Shown: positions 1-12,767 of the stretch, one piece after another
How positions within the stretch are numbered: the first letter of the stretch is position 1
Layout of the letters: every line of letters starts with the position of its first letter
DNA from: Mobula hypostoma
Taxonomy: Eukaryota
DNA: 64,000 nucleotides
Assembly: GCF_963921235.1 (NCBI RefSeq)
Contig: NC_086108.1
Coordinates: 31,312,001-31,376,000 of the forward strand
Reading direction: 5' to 3'
Made by a program: the position numbers and the translations under genes
Notes under the pieces: model-generated
Databases searched by the model: none
What the model was told of the DNA's origin: nothing
The model's input: only the letters and a program-made list of their open reading frames with translations

Positions 1-9
1 CACTGCAGC

Positions 10-95
10 TGATGCACAACAAATGGGAGAGATTGTGCTTGGTAACACAATAACACAGCACATGGGACAAATTGTGCTCAGTAACACAGGAACAG
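10..95. repeat. ~39-bp minisatellite, left part (split by CR1 insertion)
   Basis: Units like aacacagcacatgggacaaattgtgctcagtaacac; same unit resumes at ~1210. Confidence 0.7.
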
Positions 96-1208
96 TGGAA
101 ATATATTAGCTTGGATAGAGAAATGGCTGACAGGCAGGAGGCAGCAAGTGGGAATAAAAGGTGCCTATTCTGCTTGGCTGCCAGTGACTAGTGGTGTTCC
201 TCAGGGGTCAGTTTTGGAGCGGTTTTTTTTCACATTGTTCGTCAATGATTTAGTGCAATTGATGGCTTTGTAACAAAGTTCACGGTTGATGAGAAGATAG
301 GTGGAGAGCTAGGTAGTGCTGAGGAAGCAATATGATTACAGCATGACTTGGACAAATCAGAAGAATGGGCAAAAAAGTGGCAGATGGAATACAGTGTTGG
401 GAAATGTATGATAATACATTTTGGTAAAATGAGTAATAGAGCAGACTATTATCTAAATAGGGAGAAAGTTCTAACATCAGAGGTGTAAAGGGACTTAGGA
501 GTCTTCATGAAAGACTCCCAGAAGGTTAATTCACAAGTTGAGTCTGTGGTAAAGAAGGCAAATATAATGTTGACATTTATTTCAAGGGGAATAGAATATA
601 TAAACAAGGAGATAATGCTGAGTCTTTACAAGACACTAGTCAGGCCACGCTTGGAGTATGCAAACAGTTTTGGGCCCCTTATCTCAGAAGGATATTTTAT
701 CGTTGGAGAGAGTCCGGAGGAGGATCACAAGGATAATTTTGGGAATGAAGGGGTTAACATATGAGAAGTCTTTGGAAGCTTTGAGCCTGTACTCACTGGA
801 ATTTGAAAGAATGTGTGGGGATCTCATTGAAACTTACCGAATGTTGAAAGAACTAGAAAAGGTGGATGTGGAGAGGATGTTTCCTCTACTGGGGGTATCC
901 AGTACTAGAGAGCACAGCCTCAAAATTGAGGGGCAATCTTTTAAAACAGAATTACGGAGGAATTTTTTTAACTAAAGATTAGAGAATCTGTGGAAGGCTC
1001 TGCTACAGACTGTGGTGGAGGCCAAGCCCACTGGTGTATTCAAAGCGGAGTTGATAGACTCCTGCTTGCTCGAGGCATCAGGGGATTTGATGAGAGGTCA
1101 GGTGTAAGGGGTTGAATTGGATCCGGGATCAGCCGTGATGAAATGGTGGAGTGGACTCGATGGGCTGAATGGCCTAATTCTGCTCCTATGTCCTATAGTC
1201 TTATGGCC
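96..1208 (+). mobile_element. CR1 LINE 3' fragment (decayed RT C-terminus and 3' UTR)
   Basis: ORF pieces LYKTLVRPRLEY, LERVRRR, GDLIETY, LRRNFF; CR1 3' UTR with tcttatgg-like tail. Confidence 0.9.
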
Positions 1209-1356
1209 TAACACAGTACATGGAACAGACAGTGCTCAGTAACCCACAATCACAGCACATGGGGAAGACTGTACTCAGTGACACAGCAACACAGCACACG
1301 GGATAGACTGTGCTCAGTAAAACAGGAGCACAGCACGTGGAATAACAGAAGTGCTG
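1209..1356. repeat. ~39-bp minisatellite, right part
   Basis: 3-4 diverged units of cacagcaca(t/c)ggga.agactgtgctcagtaac. Confidence 0.75.
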
Positions 1357-2746
1357 TTGAAGAATAGGACCTTCCTTTGTAATGAAGTGTGTTTACACTA
1401 TCGTCTTTCATTCCCATTTTAGAACTATATGTTAAGAAAGCTTTGAGCTTCTGTATAACTGTCTGACTCATTATTCTGAGCATGTTCCTTTTTGGGAGCA
1501 CGTCTATATAAAGCTTTTATTATTTCTTGCCCCAAACAGCATTCGGACGCATGAAAAATTTCTGTTCTAATTTAAATTATTTATTTTCACTTTGGAATTT
1601 ATTTTTCAGAATAAAAATCCCAGACACACAAACACTACAAGAGTAAATTCCAATTAAACTTCACTGAAAATCTGTCAGAATGTATTTTAGTGTTCTTGTG
1701 ATTTCCCATGTTATACTGCAGAAAAAAATCCTTTCCTGTACATTCATGTCTGGGTGTCAATAGTTTATCAGAAGCCATGAAATCTGCAAATGATGTCCTG
1801 AGTCTCCTGTCGCAAGCACTCACTGAGCATTTGCCAAGCACATTATCTTACACCAGCCATTGTAGAGTTGATGACACACACCTTATTGAAAAACATACTG
1901 GTTTATGATCTGTTTTCGTAGTCCAAGCAGAATTCCTTACTGCTGTTTTACATTGGGTCAGCCCTCTTTAAGATAGAAGCTCTGAAATTAAGACTGCACA
2001 TTGTCTCGATGAGATCAACTGCATATTGCCAAAGGAGGATTTAATGTCGTTGCATTATTGCCTTGAGTATAATGGCACGCCTGCAACTATTGTGTATGGA
2101 TGCAGTGATTCTATTTTGGAACAAGAGGTGCCCAAAACAACTGGGCCACCCATCTAAATGTTGTTCCAATTGGGCTAACTGAACACTATACAAGATTGAC
2201 CTTTGTCACCGATGTTCTGGCTCGATTGATCAGCAGTTTAGTCCTACTCTGTAATAAAAATCAGAGTCAATATGACATAACTGGATTTGTTTTGCTCAAT
2301 TGAACAGATAAAAGATGATCTTTCCAGATTAAATGCTTTTAAAACTTCCCGAAATATGGTGCTTTGATACAGGGCCATGATAATTATATGCATGTGGATG
2401 AATGGAAAAACTTGGCCTTGCCCATTATCATGATCACATTTTTCTATGGAATGACACAAATTTCGAGGGTAAATCTTATTATTTTGCTGTAGAGATTTAC
2501 CAAATAACCCAATAATATTAGCTACTGAATATAATGCCAATAAAGGACAAAATGTAGGCAAGGCAACAGTGTTTTAGGCCCTTTCTTGAAGGAAAAAATG
2601 GATGGAAATTTTCACACATTCCACAACATTACTGTCAGCATTTCAGAGAGGTAATAGTTAGCACTTGAAAGGAATCATTGCAAAAGAAGATAGGAGAAGC
2701 CAAAACTTATTTGTTAGATGTGGTCACTTCACAAGTAGCTGTCTAA

Positions 2747-2963
2747 GCAGCGTGTTGTGAGTGTTATTTAGAGAACAAGCCTTCTCCTTCCCACCCTCCC
2801 CCCACTTTCTTTATAGGGCCTCTGCCCCTTCCCTCTACAGTCTTGACAAAGGGTTCCGGCCTGAAACGTCGACTCGTTTCCACGGATGCTACCCAACCTG
2901 CTGAGTTCCTCCAGCATGTTCTGAGTGTTGCTTTGACCCCAGCATCTGCAGAGTATTTTGTGT
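2747..2963 (+). mobile_element. Short non-autonomous PLE-derived element with degenerate hammerhead motif
   Basis: TSD agtag(c/t)tgtctaa at 2734-2746 and 2964-2976; agtc-ttgacaa-agggttccggcct-gaaacgtc-gact at 2839-2874; 3' end gcatctgcagagtattttgtgt. Confidence 0.75.
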
Positions 2964-3477
2964 AGTAGTTGTCTAAATGTACCAGAAAAACAAGCATGAT
3001 CCCGCAGTGGTGTTCACATGACTAGGGAAAGACCACTAAACACCAATGTCTGAGAGCACAGAATCAGGGAACACCAAGTCCTATGCTTTCATTTTTGCAG
3101 GTGAAGAAAAATTTCACTGCTTGGTTTTGTGCCTCTGTTAAAATTATAAGGAATTTTCAGAACTGAAATAAGCACTTCAGGTGAAATAGTGTGTGTCAGA
3201 GTCTATATGCCAAGTCATCCAGCCTGTTTTTTTTTATCTCACAGTCATAGATTACCTAATATTTTGTTGGTCAAGTAGTAAATTCCCCACGCTGTTCAGT
3301 AATGTGAGGAAAAGAAGCAATTGTTGTGACGAGACACACAAGTAAGTGTGGTTAGGACCCAAGTGGTGGAGTATGCGAAACTAGAATTGCGACACAAGAA
3401 TTGTGACACAATACGAGACAGAGAGGAGAACTAGATGCTCGACAAGAAGCCACAGTAGAGCTGGCGATTGAGCACTA

Positions 3478-5592
3478 AACACAAACACGAAAAAATCTGC
3501 AGATGCTGGAAATTCAAGCAAAACACACAAAATGCTAGTGGAACGCAGCAGGCCTGGCAGCATCTCTAGGAAGAGGTACAGTTGACGTTTCAGGCTGAGA
3601 CCCTTCGTCAGGACTAACTGAAATAAGAGATAGTAAGAGATTTGAAAGTGGGAGGGGGAGGGAGGTTGATTGGCAAAAGGGATACAAGGCTGGAGAATGG
3701 GAAGCATCATGGGACGGAAGGCCGAGAGAGAAAGAATGGGGGAGGGGAGCCCAGAGGAAGATAGAGAGCAGGCAAGGAGTGATTGTGAAGCGATCAGAGA
3801 GAGAGGGAAAAAAGGGTGGAAATAAAAATAAATAAGGGATGGGGTACGAGGTGGAGGAGGGACATTAACGGAAGTTAGAGAAGTCAATGTTCATGCCATG
3901 AGGTTGGAGGCTACCCAGACGGAATATAAGGTGTTGTTCCTCCAACTTGGGTGTGGCTTCATCTTGACAGTAGAGGAGGCCGTGGATAGACATGTCAGAA
4001 TGGGAATGGGACGTGGAATTAAAATGTGTGGCCAGTGGGAGATCCTGCTTTCTCTGGCGGGCCAAGCGTAGGTGTTCAGCGAAACGGTCTCCCAGCCTGC
4101 GTTGGGTCTCGCCAATATATAGAAGGCCACACCGGGAGCACCGAATGCAAGATATCACCCCAGCCGACTCACAGGTGAAGTGTCGCCTCACCTGGAAGGA
4201 CTGTCTGGGGCCCTGAATGGTGGTGAGGGAGGAAGTGTAAGGGCATGTTTAGCACTTGTTCCTCTTACAAGGGTAAGTGCCGGGAGGAAGATCAGTGGGA
4301 AGGGATGGGGGGACGAATGGAAAAGGAAGTCACATAGGGAGTGATCCCTGCGGAAAGCAGATGGGGGGGAGGGAGAGATATGCTTAGTGGTGGGATCCCG
4401 TTGGAGGCGGCAGAAGTTATGGAGAATTATATGTTGGACCCGGAGGCTGGTGGGGTGGTAGGTGAGGACAAGGGGAACCCTATCCCTAGTGGGGTGGCGG
4501 GAGGATGGGGTGAGAGCAGATGTGCGTGAAATGGGAGAGATGCGTTTGAGAGCAGAGTTGATGGTGGAGGAAGGGAAGCCCCTTTCTTTAAAAAAGGAAG
4601 ACATCTCTTTCGTCATGGAATGAAAAGCCTCCTCCTGAGAGCAGATGCGGCGGAGACGGAGGAATTGCGAGGTTTGCAAGAGACAAGGTGAGAAGAGGAA
4701 TAGTCCAGATAGCTGTGAGAGTCCGTAGATTTATAGTAGACATCGGCAGATAGCTGTCTCCAGAGATAGAGACAGAAAGATCTAGAAAGGGGAAGGAGGT
4801 GTCAGAAATGGACCAGGTAAGCTTGAGGGCAGGGTGAAAGTTGGAGACAAAGTTAATGAAGTCAACAAGCTCAGCATGCGTGCAGGAAGCAGCGCCAATG
4901 CAGTCGTCGATGTAGTGAAGGAAAAGTGGGGGATGGATTCCAGTATAGGCTTGGAACATGGATTGTTCCACAAAGCCAACAAAAAGCAGGCATAGCTGGG
5001 ACCCATATGCGTGCCCATGGCTACATCTTTAGTTTGGAGGAAGTGGGAGGAGCCAAAGGAGAAATTATTAAGAGTAAGGACTAATTCTGCTAGACGGAGG
5101 AGAGTGGTGGTAGAGGGGAATTGGTTAGGTCTGGAATCCAAAAAGAATTGGAGAGCTTTGAGATCTTCCTGGTGGGGGATGGAGGTATATAGGGACTGGA
5201 CATCCATGGTGAAAGTAAGGCGGTGGGGGCCAGGGAACTTAAAATCATTGAGCACTTGTTCCGCTTACAAGGATAAGTGCCGGGAGGGAGATCGGTGGGA
5301 AGGGATGGGGGGTGAATGGACAAGGGAGTCGCATAGGGAGCGATCCCTGCGGAAAGCAGAAAGGTGGGGGAGGGAAAGATGTGCTTTGTGGTGGGATCCC
5401 ATTGGAGGTGGCGGAAGTTACGGAGAATTATATGTTGGACCCGGAGGCTGGTGGGGAGGTAGATGAGGACAAGGGGAACCCTATCCCTAGTGGGGTGGTG
5501 GGGCAGTGGGTAGTCATGGGCACCCGCATGGGTCCCAGCTATGCCTGCTTTTTTGTTGGCTTTGTGGAACAGTCCATGTTCCAAGCCTACAC
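3478..5592 (-). mobile_element. Penelope-like element, 5'-truncated and rearranged (RT + GIY-YIG pseudogene)
   Basis: Minus ORFs with MDVQSLYTSIP, AMG, HYIDD, FLDL, CSRCGLLYIGET; highly similar to 42370-44171. Confidence 0.93.
3579..3615 (-). ncRNA. Minimal type I hammerhead ribozyme motif, core intact
   Basis: Reverse complement agtc-CTGACGA-agg gtctcag cct-GAAAC-GTC-aactg. Confidence 0.75.
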
Positions 5593-5887
5593 TTTCCCAA
5601 GTGGTCCAGATTTGATCTTTTGTGTACTTGCTGTTTGCCATTGACTTCCTTCAATACAAGTTCCTTCCATTTCTACCTATCATCAGCACAAATAACCAAA
5701 CTGCATGTGGATCAGTAGAGTCCCTTATATCTTCAGTGCACCTTCTGGTTACTGTTGGCTTCATTTGATGCGACGTCCTGTTCTTATCTCAGCAAATGCC
5801 ACCTCATTGGCTCTTCACTCAAACCTGGAACACCTGGACAGCAAAGATGTATATATCAGGATGCTCTTTATTGACTACAACTCAGCA

Positions 5888-6528
5888 GGGGAAGGGTAGG
5901 GAGGAGAAGATGGCAGCGTGACGCAGCACGCGCAGCCTCTCCGGTGAAAAGATATCGTATTTCTTAAATAGGGTACCGTGCACAATTCTGATATGATGGA
6001 GACAGCCATGAGAACATCTGGAGAAACTTCTGAAATGCCCACTTCGCGGCCGCTGTTACTGTGTGATCGAGAATCTCCAGAGGGAAGGCCCCAAATCCTC
6101 GGCTTTGCCGGCTGCTGGTGGCCGGGGCTGGGGTCGAAGCGCTCGGCAGAGGTGGTGCTCGATGCTCAGCGTCGGAGTGCCGGTCGGAGGTTCGAAGTTT
6201 ACGGACAACTCAGAGTCGGACTGTGGTCGGGCATGGCAGGGAGAGTTTTCTTCCTTCTCCCGTCTGCATGAGATGTGGGATTTTCGAGAGACTTTGAACT
6301 TTTTTTACCGTGCCCATGGCCTGTTCTTCATCAAGTTACGGTATTGCTTGCACTGTTGTAACTATATGTTATAATTATGTGGTTTTTGTCAGTTTTTCAG
6401 TCTTGGTCTGTCCTGTGTTTCTGTGATATCACACCGGAGGAATATTGTATCATTTCTTAATACATGCATTACTAAATGACAATTACTAAATGACAATAAA
6501 AGAGTACTCATAATCTAATCTAATCTAA
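5888..6528 (+). mobile_element. ~640-bp non-coding SINE-like retroposon, copy 1
   Basis: gggaggagaagatggc head, aaatgacaataaa then (taatc)n tail; splits the Rex RT codons tcagca|ttcaat. Confidence 0.85.
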
Positions 6529-6880
6529 TTCAATAACAATCATACCCTCAAAACTAATCAATAAGCTCTTGGACCTTGGCCCCAATACTTTGCTGTGCAA
6601 TTGGATCCTAGATTTCCTTACTTGCGGACCGCAGTCAGTTCGGATTGGCAGCAATATCTCCGCCATGATCGTCATCAGCACAAGTCTCTGTGTTTAGCCC
6701 TGGGCTCAACTCGCTTTATACTTATTACTGTGTAGCCAAGCATAACTGCAATGCCATATTCAAGTTTGCTGATGACACCATCATCACAAGCTGAGTCAAA
6801 GGTGATGATGAATCAATATAGAAGGGAGATTGAAAATGTGGCTGAGTGATGTCATAACAAGAACTTCTTACTCAATGTCA

Positions 6881-7487
6881 AATGGAGAGAAAACACAAAA
6901 AATTGAGGCACAAAAGGGACTTAGGAGTCCTTGTGCAGGATTCCCTAAAGGTTAGTTTGCAGGTTGAGTCTGTGGTGAGGAAGGCAAATGCAATGTTAGC
7001 ATTTGTTTCAAGAGGACTAGAATATAAAAGCAAGGATGTAATGTTGACACTTTATAAAGCACTGGAGGGGCCTCACTTGGAGTATAGAGAGCGGGTTTGG
7101 GCCATTATCTCAGAAAGGATGTGCTGAAACTGGTTCAAAGGAGGTTCACGAAAATGATTCCAAGACTGAATGGCTTGTCATATGAAGAGAGTTTGATGGA
7201 TCGGGGCCTGTATTCACTAGAATTAGAATGGAGATGAGGAGGAATTTCTTTAACCAGAGCGTGGTCAATCTGTGGAATTCTTTGACACAGGCAAAGAAGG
7301 CTAAGTCTTTATGTAGATTTAAGACATAGGTTGAGGGATCCTTGATTAGTCAGGCCATGAAGGGATACGGGGAGAAGGCTGGAGACTGGGACTGAGAGGA
7401 AAATTGGATCAGCCATGATGAAATGGTGGAGCAGACTCAATGGTTCTAATGGCACAATTCTGTTCCTCTACCTTATAGCTTATGGTC
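6881..7487 (+). mobile_element. CR1 LINE 3' fragment nested in Rex1/Babar
   Basis: RDLGVLV, KANAMLAF, LYKAL.GPHLEY; CR1 3' UTR. Confidence 0.9.
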
Positions 7488-8554
7488 AGCAGGACTAGGG
7501 AGCAGATTATTGACTTCAGGAGAAGGAAACAAGAGGTCTATGATGCAATCCTTGTCAGAGGTGGAAGGAGTCAGCAATCTTCAAATTCCTCAGTGTTATC
7601 ATTTTGCAGGAAATATCACAGGCCCAGCACGTAAGGGCAATTAGGAAGAAAGCATGGCAGTGCTTCTCCTTCCTTCAGAGTTTGCGAAGACTTGGTATGA
7701 CATCTGAAACTTTGACAAACATCTATTGATGGGCAGTTGAAGGAATATTGACTGACTGCATCATAGCCTGGTATCAAAGCACCAATGCACTTGAACAGAA
7801 AATCTTCCAAGAAGTACTGGATACAGCGCAGTCCACCACGATAAAGCCCTCTCAGCCATTGAGTACATCTATATGAAACACTGTTGCAGGAAAGCAGCAT
7901 CCATCATAGACCCCCACCACCCAGGACATGCTGTCTTCTCACTGCTGCCATCAGGAAGAAGGTACAGGAACCTCAGCAATCACAGCAGGTTCAGGAACAG
8001 TTATTACTGCTCAATCATCAGGCTCTTGAACCAACGGGGATAACTTCACTCAACATCACTTGCCCCATCACTGAAATGTTCCCACAAACAATGGACTTGC
8101 TTTCAAGGTCTCATCATCTCATGTTGTCAATATTTATTGCTTATTTATTTATTATTATTCTTTCTTTCTTTTAGTATTTGCACAGTTTGTTGTCTTTTGC
8201 ACACCGTATGGATGCACAAGTTGGTGCTGTCTTTCATTGATTTTGTTATGGGTATTATTCTATAGATTTATTGAGTATGCCCACTATAAAATGAATCTCA
8301 GGATTGTATATGGTGACATAGTGTATCTGTACTTTGATCTTAAATTTACTATGGACTTTGAACTTTAAACTGCCTATCTGCCAGTTGTCCTCTCAGCAAC
8401 AAGCAGGTGAAAGAAGCCATTCCATTAGATCATGTTTGCTAGATGTCAAGGGGAACTTTTGGAGAGGGACCGAAGACTGACACGGTATCACCTAGGTGTA
8501 GAGCATATATTATGCCATCTAGCCCATGCAGCTCTATAAATCCTGGCACGCTTA

Positions 8555-8809
8555 GAATATTGTGTTTGGTTCTGGTCACCTCATTATAGGAAGGTTGTGG
8601 AAGCTTTGGAGAGGGTTCAGAGGAGATTTCCCAGGATGCTGCTCAGATTAGAGAACATGTGAAGATACATTGGGGAGATAGAGTTTTTCATTTTGGACTG
8701 AAGGAGGATGAGAGGATGATTTGATAGAAACGTACAAGATGATGAGGCATAAATCGAGTGGATACCCAGAGACTTTTCCCGGGGAGAGTTGGCTAATACA
8801 AGGGACATA
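8555..8809 (+). mobile_element. CR1 fragment (continues at ~10908-11030 after Rex insertion)
   Basis: gttctggtcacctcattataggaagg...gagagggttcagaggaga CR1 ORF2 C-terminal sequence. Confidence 0.65.
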
Positions 8810-10905
8810 ATCAGAATCGGGTTTTCTATCATCATGTGTCGGGAAATTTGTTAACTTTGCAGCAGCAGTACAATTCAATACATGATAAATATAGAAAGAA
8901 AAACTGTAATCAATTACAGTAAGTATATATATGTGTATATTAAATAGTTAGATCAAAAATAGTGCAAAACAGAAATAATATAAAAAAGTGGTGTAGTGTT
9001 CATTGGTTCAATGTCTAGAGGGGAAGAAGCTGTTTCTAAATCACTGAGTGTGTGCCTTCAGGCTTCTGTACCTCGTTCCTGATGGTAACAATGGGAAGAG
9101 AGCATGTCCCAGTGATGTGAGTCCTTAATAATGGAAGTCGCCTTTCTACAGTACTGCTTCTTGAAGGAGTCTTGGATTCTACAGAGGCCAGTACCCAAGA
9201 CGGAGCTGACTAATTCTACAACTTTCTTTAGCTTCTTTCGGTCCAGTGCAGTAGCCCCTACATGCCAGACAATGATGCAGCCTGTCAGAATGCTCACCAC
9301 AGTACATCTATAGAAGTTTTTGAGTGTTTTAGGTGACAAACCAATCTCCTCAAACTCCTAATGAAACAGATAATAGTGATAATAATAACAATAAATACTT
9401 TATTGATCCTGAGTGGGAAATTCTCTCGTTACTGCAGCAACATTTAAAAACACACTTAGCAGTGAGCAGACTTAACTAATAATAAAGTACAGAATAATGA
9501 TATACACAATAATGATTTATTCACCAATGTGCGATAATGATGTACAAAAGCCTAAAACAGAGACAATTGTAATATAGCCACTGTCTTGCCTTCGTTATGG
9601 CTGCATTGATATGTTGGGACCAGGTTAGATCCTCAGAGATCTCGACACCGAGGACCTTGAAATTACTCAGTCTCCCCACTTCCGATCCCTCTATGAGGAC
9701 TGTTTGTGTTCCCTTGCCTTACCTTCCCTGAAGTCCACAATCAGCTTTCTCATCTTACTGATGTTGTGTGCAAGATTGTTGCTGCGACACCACTAAGCTA
9801 GCCGGCATATCTCTCTTCTGTACACTTTCTCATCTCTGTCTGAGATTCTACCAACAATGGTCGTATCATCAGCAAATTTATAGATGGCATTTGAGCTGTA
9901 CCTAGACACACAGTCGTGGGTACAGAGAGAGTACAGAAGTGGGCTAAACACACACCCCTGAGATCAACACACACCCCAGTGCTGATCATCAGTGAGGAGG
10001 AGATATTATTACCAATCCACACAAATTTTAGTTTTCCAGTTAGGAAGTCGAGGATCCAATTGTAGATGGAGGTACAGAGGCCCAGGTTCTGTAGCTTATT
10101 GATCGTAACTGTGGGAATGATGGTGTTAAACGCTGAGCTGGAGTCAATGAATAGCATCCTGACGTGGGTGTTTGTATTGCCCAGGTGATCTAAGGCCATG
10201 TGAAGAGCCATTGAGATTGTGTCTGCCATAGACCTATTGTGGCAATAGGCAAATTGCAGTGGATGAAAGTCCTTGCTGAAGCTTAAGTTGATTCTAGCCA
10301 TGACCAACCTCTCAAAGCATTTCATCACCATAGATGTGTGTGCTACTGTATGATAGTCATTAAGGCAGCACACACTACTCTTCTTAGGCACTGGTATAAT
10401 TGTTGTCTTTTTGAAGCTGTGAGAAGTTGAAAATGTCCTTGAATGTTCCTGCCCATGGGTTGGCACAGTTTTCAGAGTCTTACCAGGTACTCCATCGGAG
10501 CCTACCAACTTGCAGGGGTTCACCCTTCTGAAAGTCAGCCTGACATTGGCCTCCAAGACAGAGATCACAGGGTCACTGGGAGCAGCAGAGATCTTCACAG
10601 CTATAGTTCAATCCTCCCTTTCAAAGCGGGCATAGGAGGCGTTGAGTTCATCTGGTAGTGAAGCATCACTGCCATTCATGCTATTGGGGTTTGTTTTGTA
10701 GGAAGCAATGTGCTGTAATCCCTGCCAGAGTTGACGTGCATCCGATGCTGCCTCCAACCTTGCTTGGAATTGTTTCTTTGCTCTTGAAATAACCCTCAGC
10801 AAGTCATACCTGGTTTTCTTGCACAGATTTAGGTCACCAGACTTAAATACTACAGGTCTAGCCCTCAGCAGATGACAAACCTTCTGGTTCATCCACAGCT
10901 GTTGG
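8810..10905 (-). mobile_element. Rex1/Babar-type LINE, 5'-truncated and decayed
   Basis: Minus ORFs with IIPVPKK, MKCFERLV, PLQFAY, MLFIDSSSAFNTIIP, WILDFLT, LKNFYRCTV. Confidence 0.88.
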
Positions 10906-11225
10906 TTTGGAGGAAAATATACGGAGAATGTCGGTGGTAAGTTTTTTTACACAGAGAGTTGTGGGTGAATGAAATACCCAGCCAAGGGTGGTGCTAGATA
11001 TATTAAGGACATTTAAAATAGTTTAAGAATGCAGTGAATGCGACCAGGTTTCCAAAGCATGACTTCCACAACAAAACCATGTCACAAATTGTTTAAGTCT
11101 CTGTGACTTTGCCAGCACAACACAATTAGCTTAAGAAACTCAAACACGAGGAAATCTGCAGATGCTGGAATTTCAAGCAACACACATAAAAGTTGCTGGT
11201 GAACGCAGCAAGCTAGGAAGAGGTA

Positions 11226-11262
11226 CAGTCGACTTTTCGGGCCGAGGCCCTTCGTCAGGACT
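11226..11262 (-). ncRNA. Hammerhead ribozyme motif, stem III mutated (GAAAAGUC)
   Basis: Reverse complement agtc-CTGACGA-agggcctcggccc-GAAAA-GTC-gactg. Confidence 0.65.
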
Positions 11263-12730
11263 AACTGAAAGAACAGCTAGTAAGAGATTTGAAAGTGGGA
11301 GGGGGAGGGGGAGATCCAAAATGACAGGAGAAGACAGGAGGGGGAGGGATGGAGCCAAGAGCTGGACAGGTGATTGGCAAAAGGGATATGAGAGGAACAT
11401 GGGACAGGAGGCCCAGGGAGAAGGAAAAGGGGGAGGGGGGAAAACCCAGAGGATGGGCAAGGGGTATAGTGAGAGGGACAGAGGGAGAAAAAAGGAGAGA
11501 AAGAAAAAGAATGTGTGTAAATAAAGAAATAACGGATGGGGTACAGGGGGGAGGTGGGGCATTAGCGGAAGTTTGAGGTCAATGTTCATGACATCAGGTT
11601 GGAGGCTACCCAGATGGAGTATAAGGTGTTGTTCCTCCAACCTGAGTGTGGCTTCATCTTTATATCTTTACTCAGGATGAGGCTTTTCATTCCAGGACGA
11701 GGGAGATGTCCTCCTTTTTTTAAAGAAAGGGGCTTCCCTTCCTCCACCACCAACTCTGCTCTCAAATGCATCTCCCCTATTTCACGCACATCTGCTCTCA
11801 CTCCATCCTCCCGCCACCCCACTAGGAATAGTGTTCCCCTTGTCCTCACCTACCACCCCACCAGCCTCCGGGTCCAACATATAATTCTCCATAACTTCCG
11901 CCACCTCCGACGGGATCCCACCACTAAGCACCTTCCCCCCCCACCCAGTTTTCCGCAGGGATCGCTCCCTACACGACTCCCTTGTCCATTCGTCGCCCCC
12001 ATCCCTCCCCATCGACCTCCCTCCTGGCACTTATCCTTGTAAGCAAAACAAGTGCTGCACATACCCTTACACTTCCTCCCTTACCACCAATCAGGGCCCC
12101 AGACAGTCCTTCCAGGACATTTCACCTGTGAGTCAGCTGGGGTGATATACTGCGTCCAGTGCTCCCGATGTGGCCTTCTATATATTGGCGAGACCCGACG
12201 CAGACTGGGAGATCGTTTCGCTGAACACCTACGCTCTGTCCACCAGAGAAAGCAGGATCTCCCAGTGGGCACACATTTTAATTCCACGTCCCATTCCCAT
12301 TCTGGTATGTCTATCCACGGCCTCCTCTACTGTAAAGATGAAGCCACACTCAGGTTGGAGGAACAACACCTTATATTCTGTCTGGGTAGCCTCCAACCTG
12401 ATGGCATGAACATTGACTTGTCAAACTTCCGCTTATGCCCCACCTCCCCCTCGTACCCCATCTGTTATTTCTTTATATACACACATTCTTTTTCTCTCTT
12501 TTTTTCTCCCTCTGTCCCTCTCACTATACCCCTTGCCCATCCTCTGGGTTTTCCCCCCTCCCCCTTTTCCTTCTCCCTGGGCCTCCTGTCCCATGATCCT
12601 CTCATATCCCTTTTGCCTATCACCTGTCCAGCTCTTGGCTCCATCCCTCCCCCTCCTGTCTTCTCCTATCAGTTTGGATCTCCCCCTCCCCCTCCCACTT
12701 TCAAATCTCTTACTAACTCTTCTTTCAGTT

Positions 12731-12767
12731 AGTCCTGACAAAGGGTCTCGGCCCGAAACGTCGACTG
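12731..12767 (+). ncRNA. Hammerhead ribozyme motif, core mutated (CUGACAA)
   Basis: agtc-CTGACAA-agggtctcggccc-GAAAC-GTC-gactg. Confidence 0.65.

Larger units (their letters stand above)
5790..8365 (+). mobile_element. Rex1/Babar-type LINE 3' part, interrupted by two insertions
   Basis: HLDSKDVYIRMLFIDYNSA, WILDFLT, aagtttgctgatgac (KFADD), LPSGRRY; gaacttt-type tail near 8360. Confidence 0.8.

Noticed and set aside
1209..1356. Regularly spaced repeats as a possible CRISPR array (also 59938-60120)
   Set aside because: No unique spacers, no cas genes, eukaryotic context; these are plain minisatellites
2280..2560. Possible L1-like ORF2 relic (IEQIKDDLSRL); similar hints at ~24700-25050 and ~49970-50140
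   Set aside because: Too short and degenerate to support without a profile search
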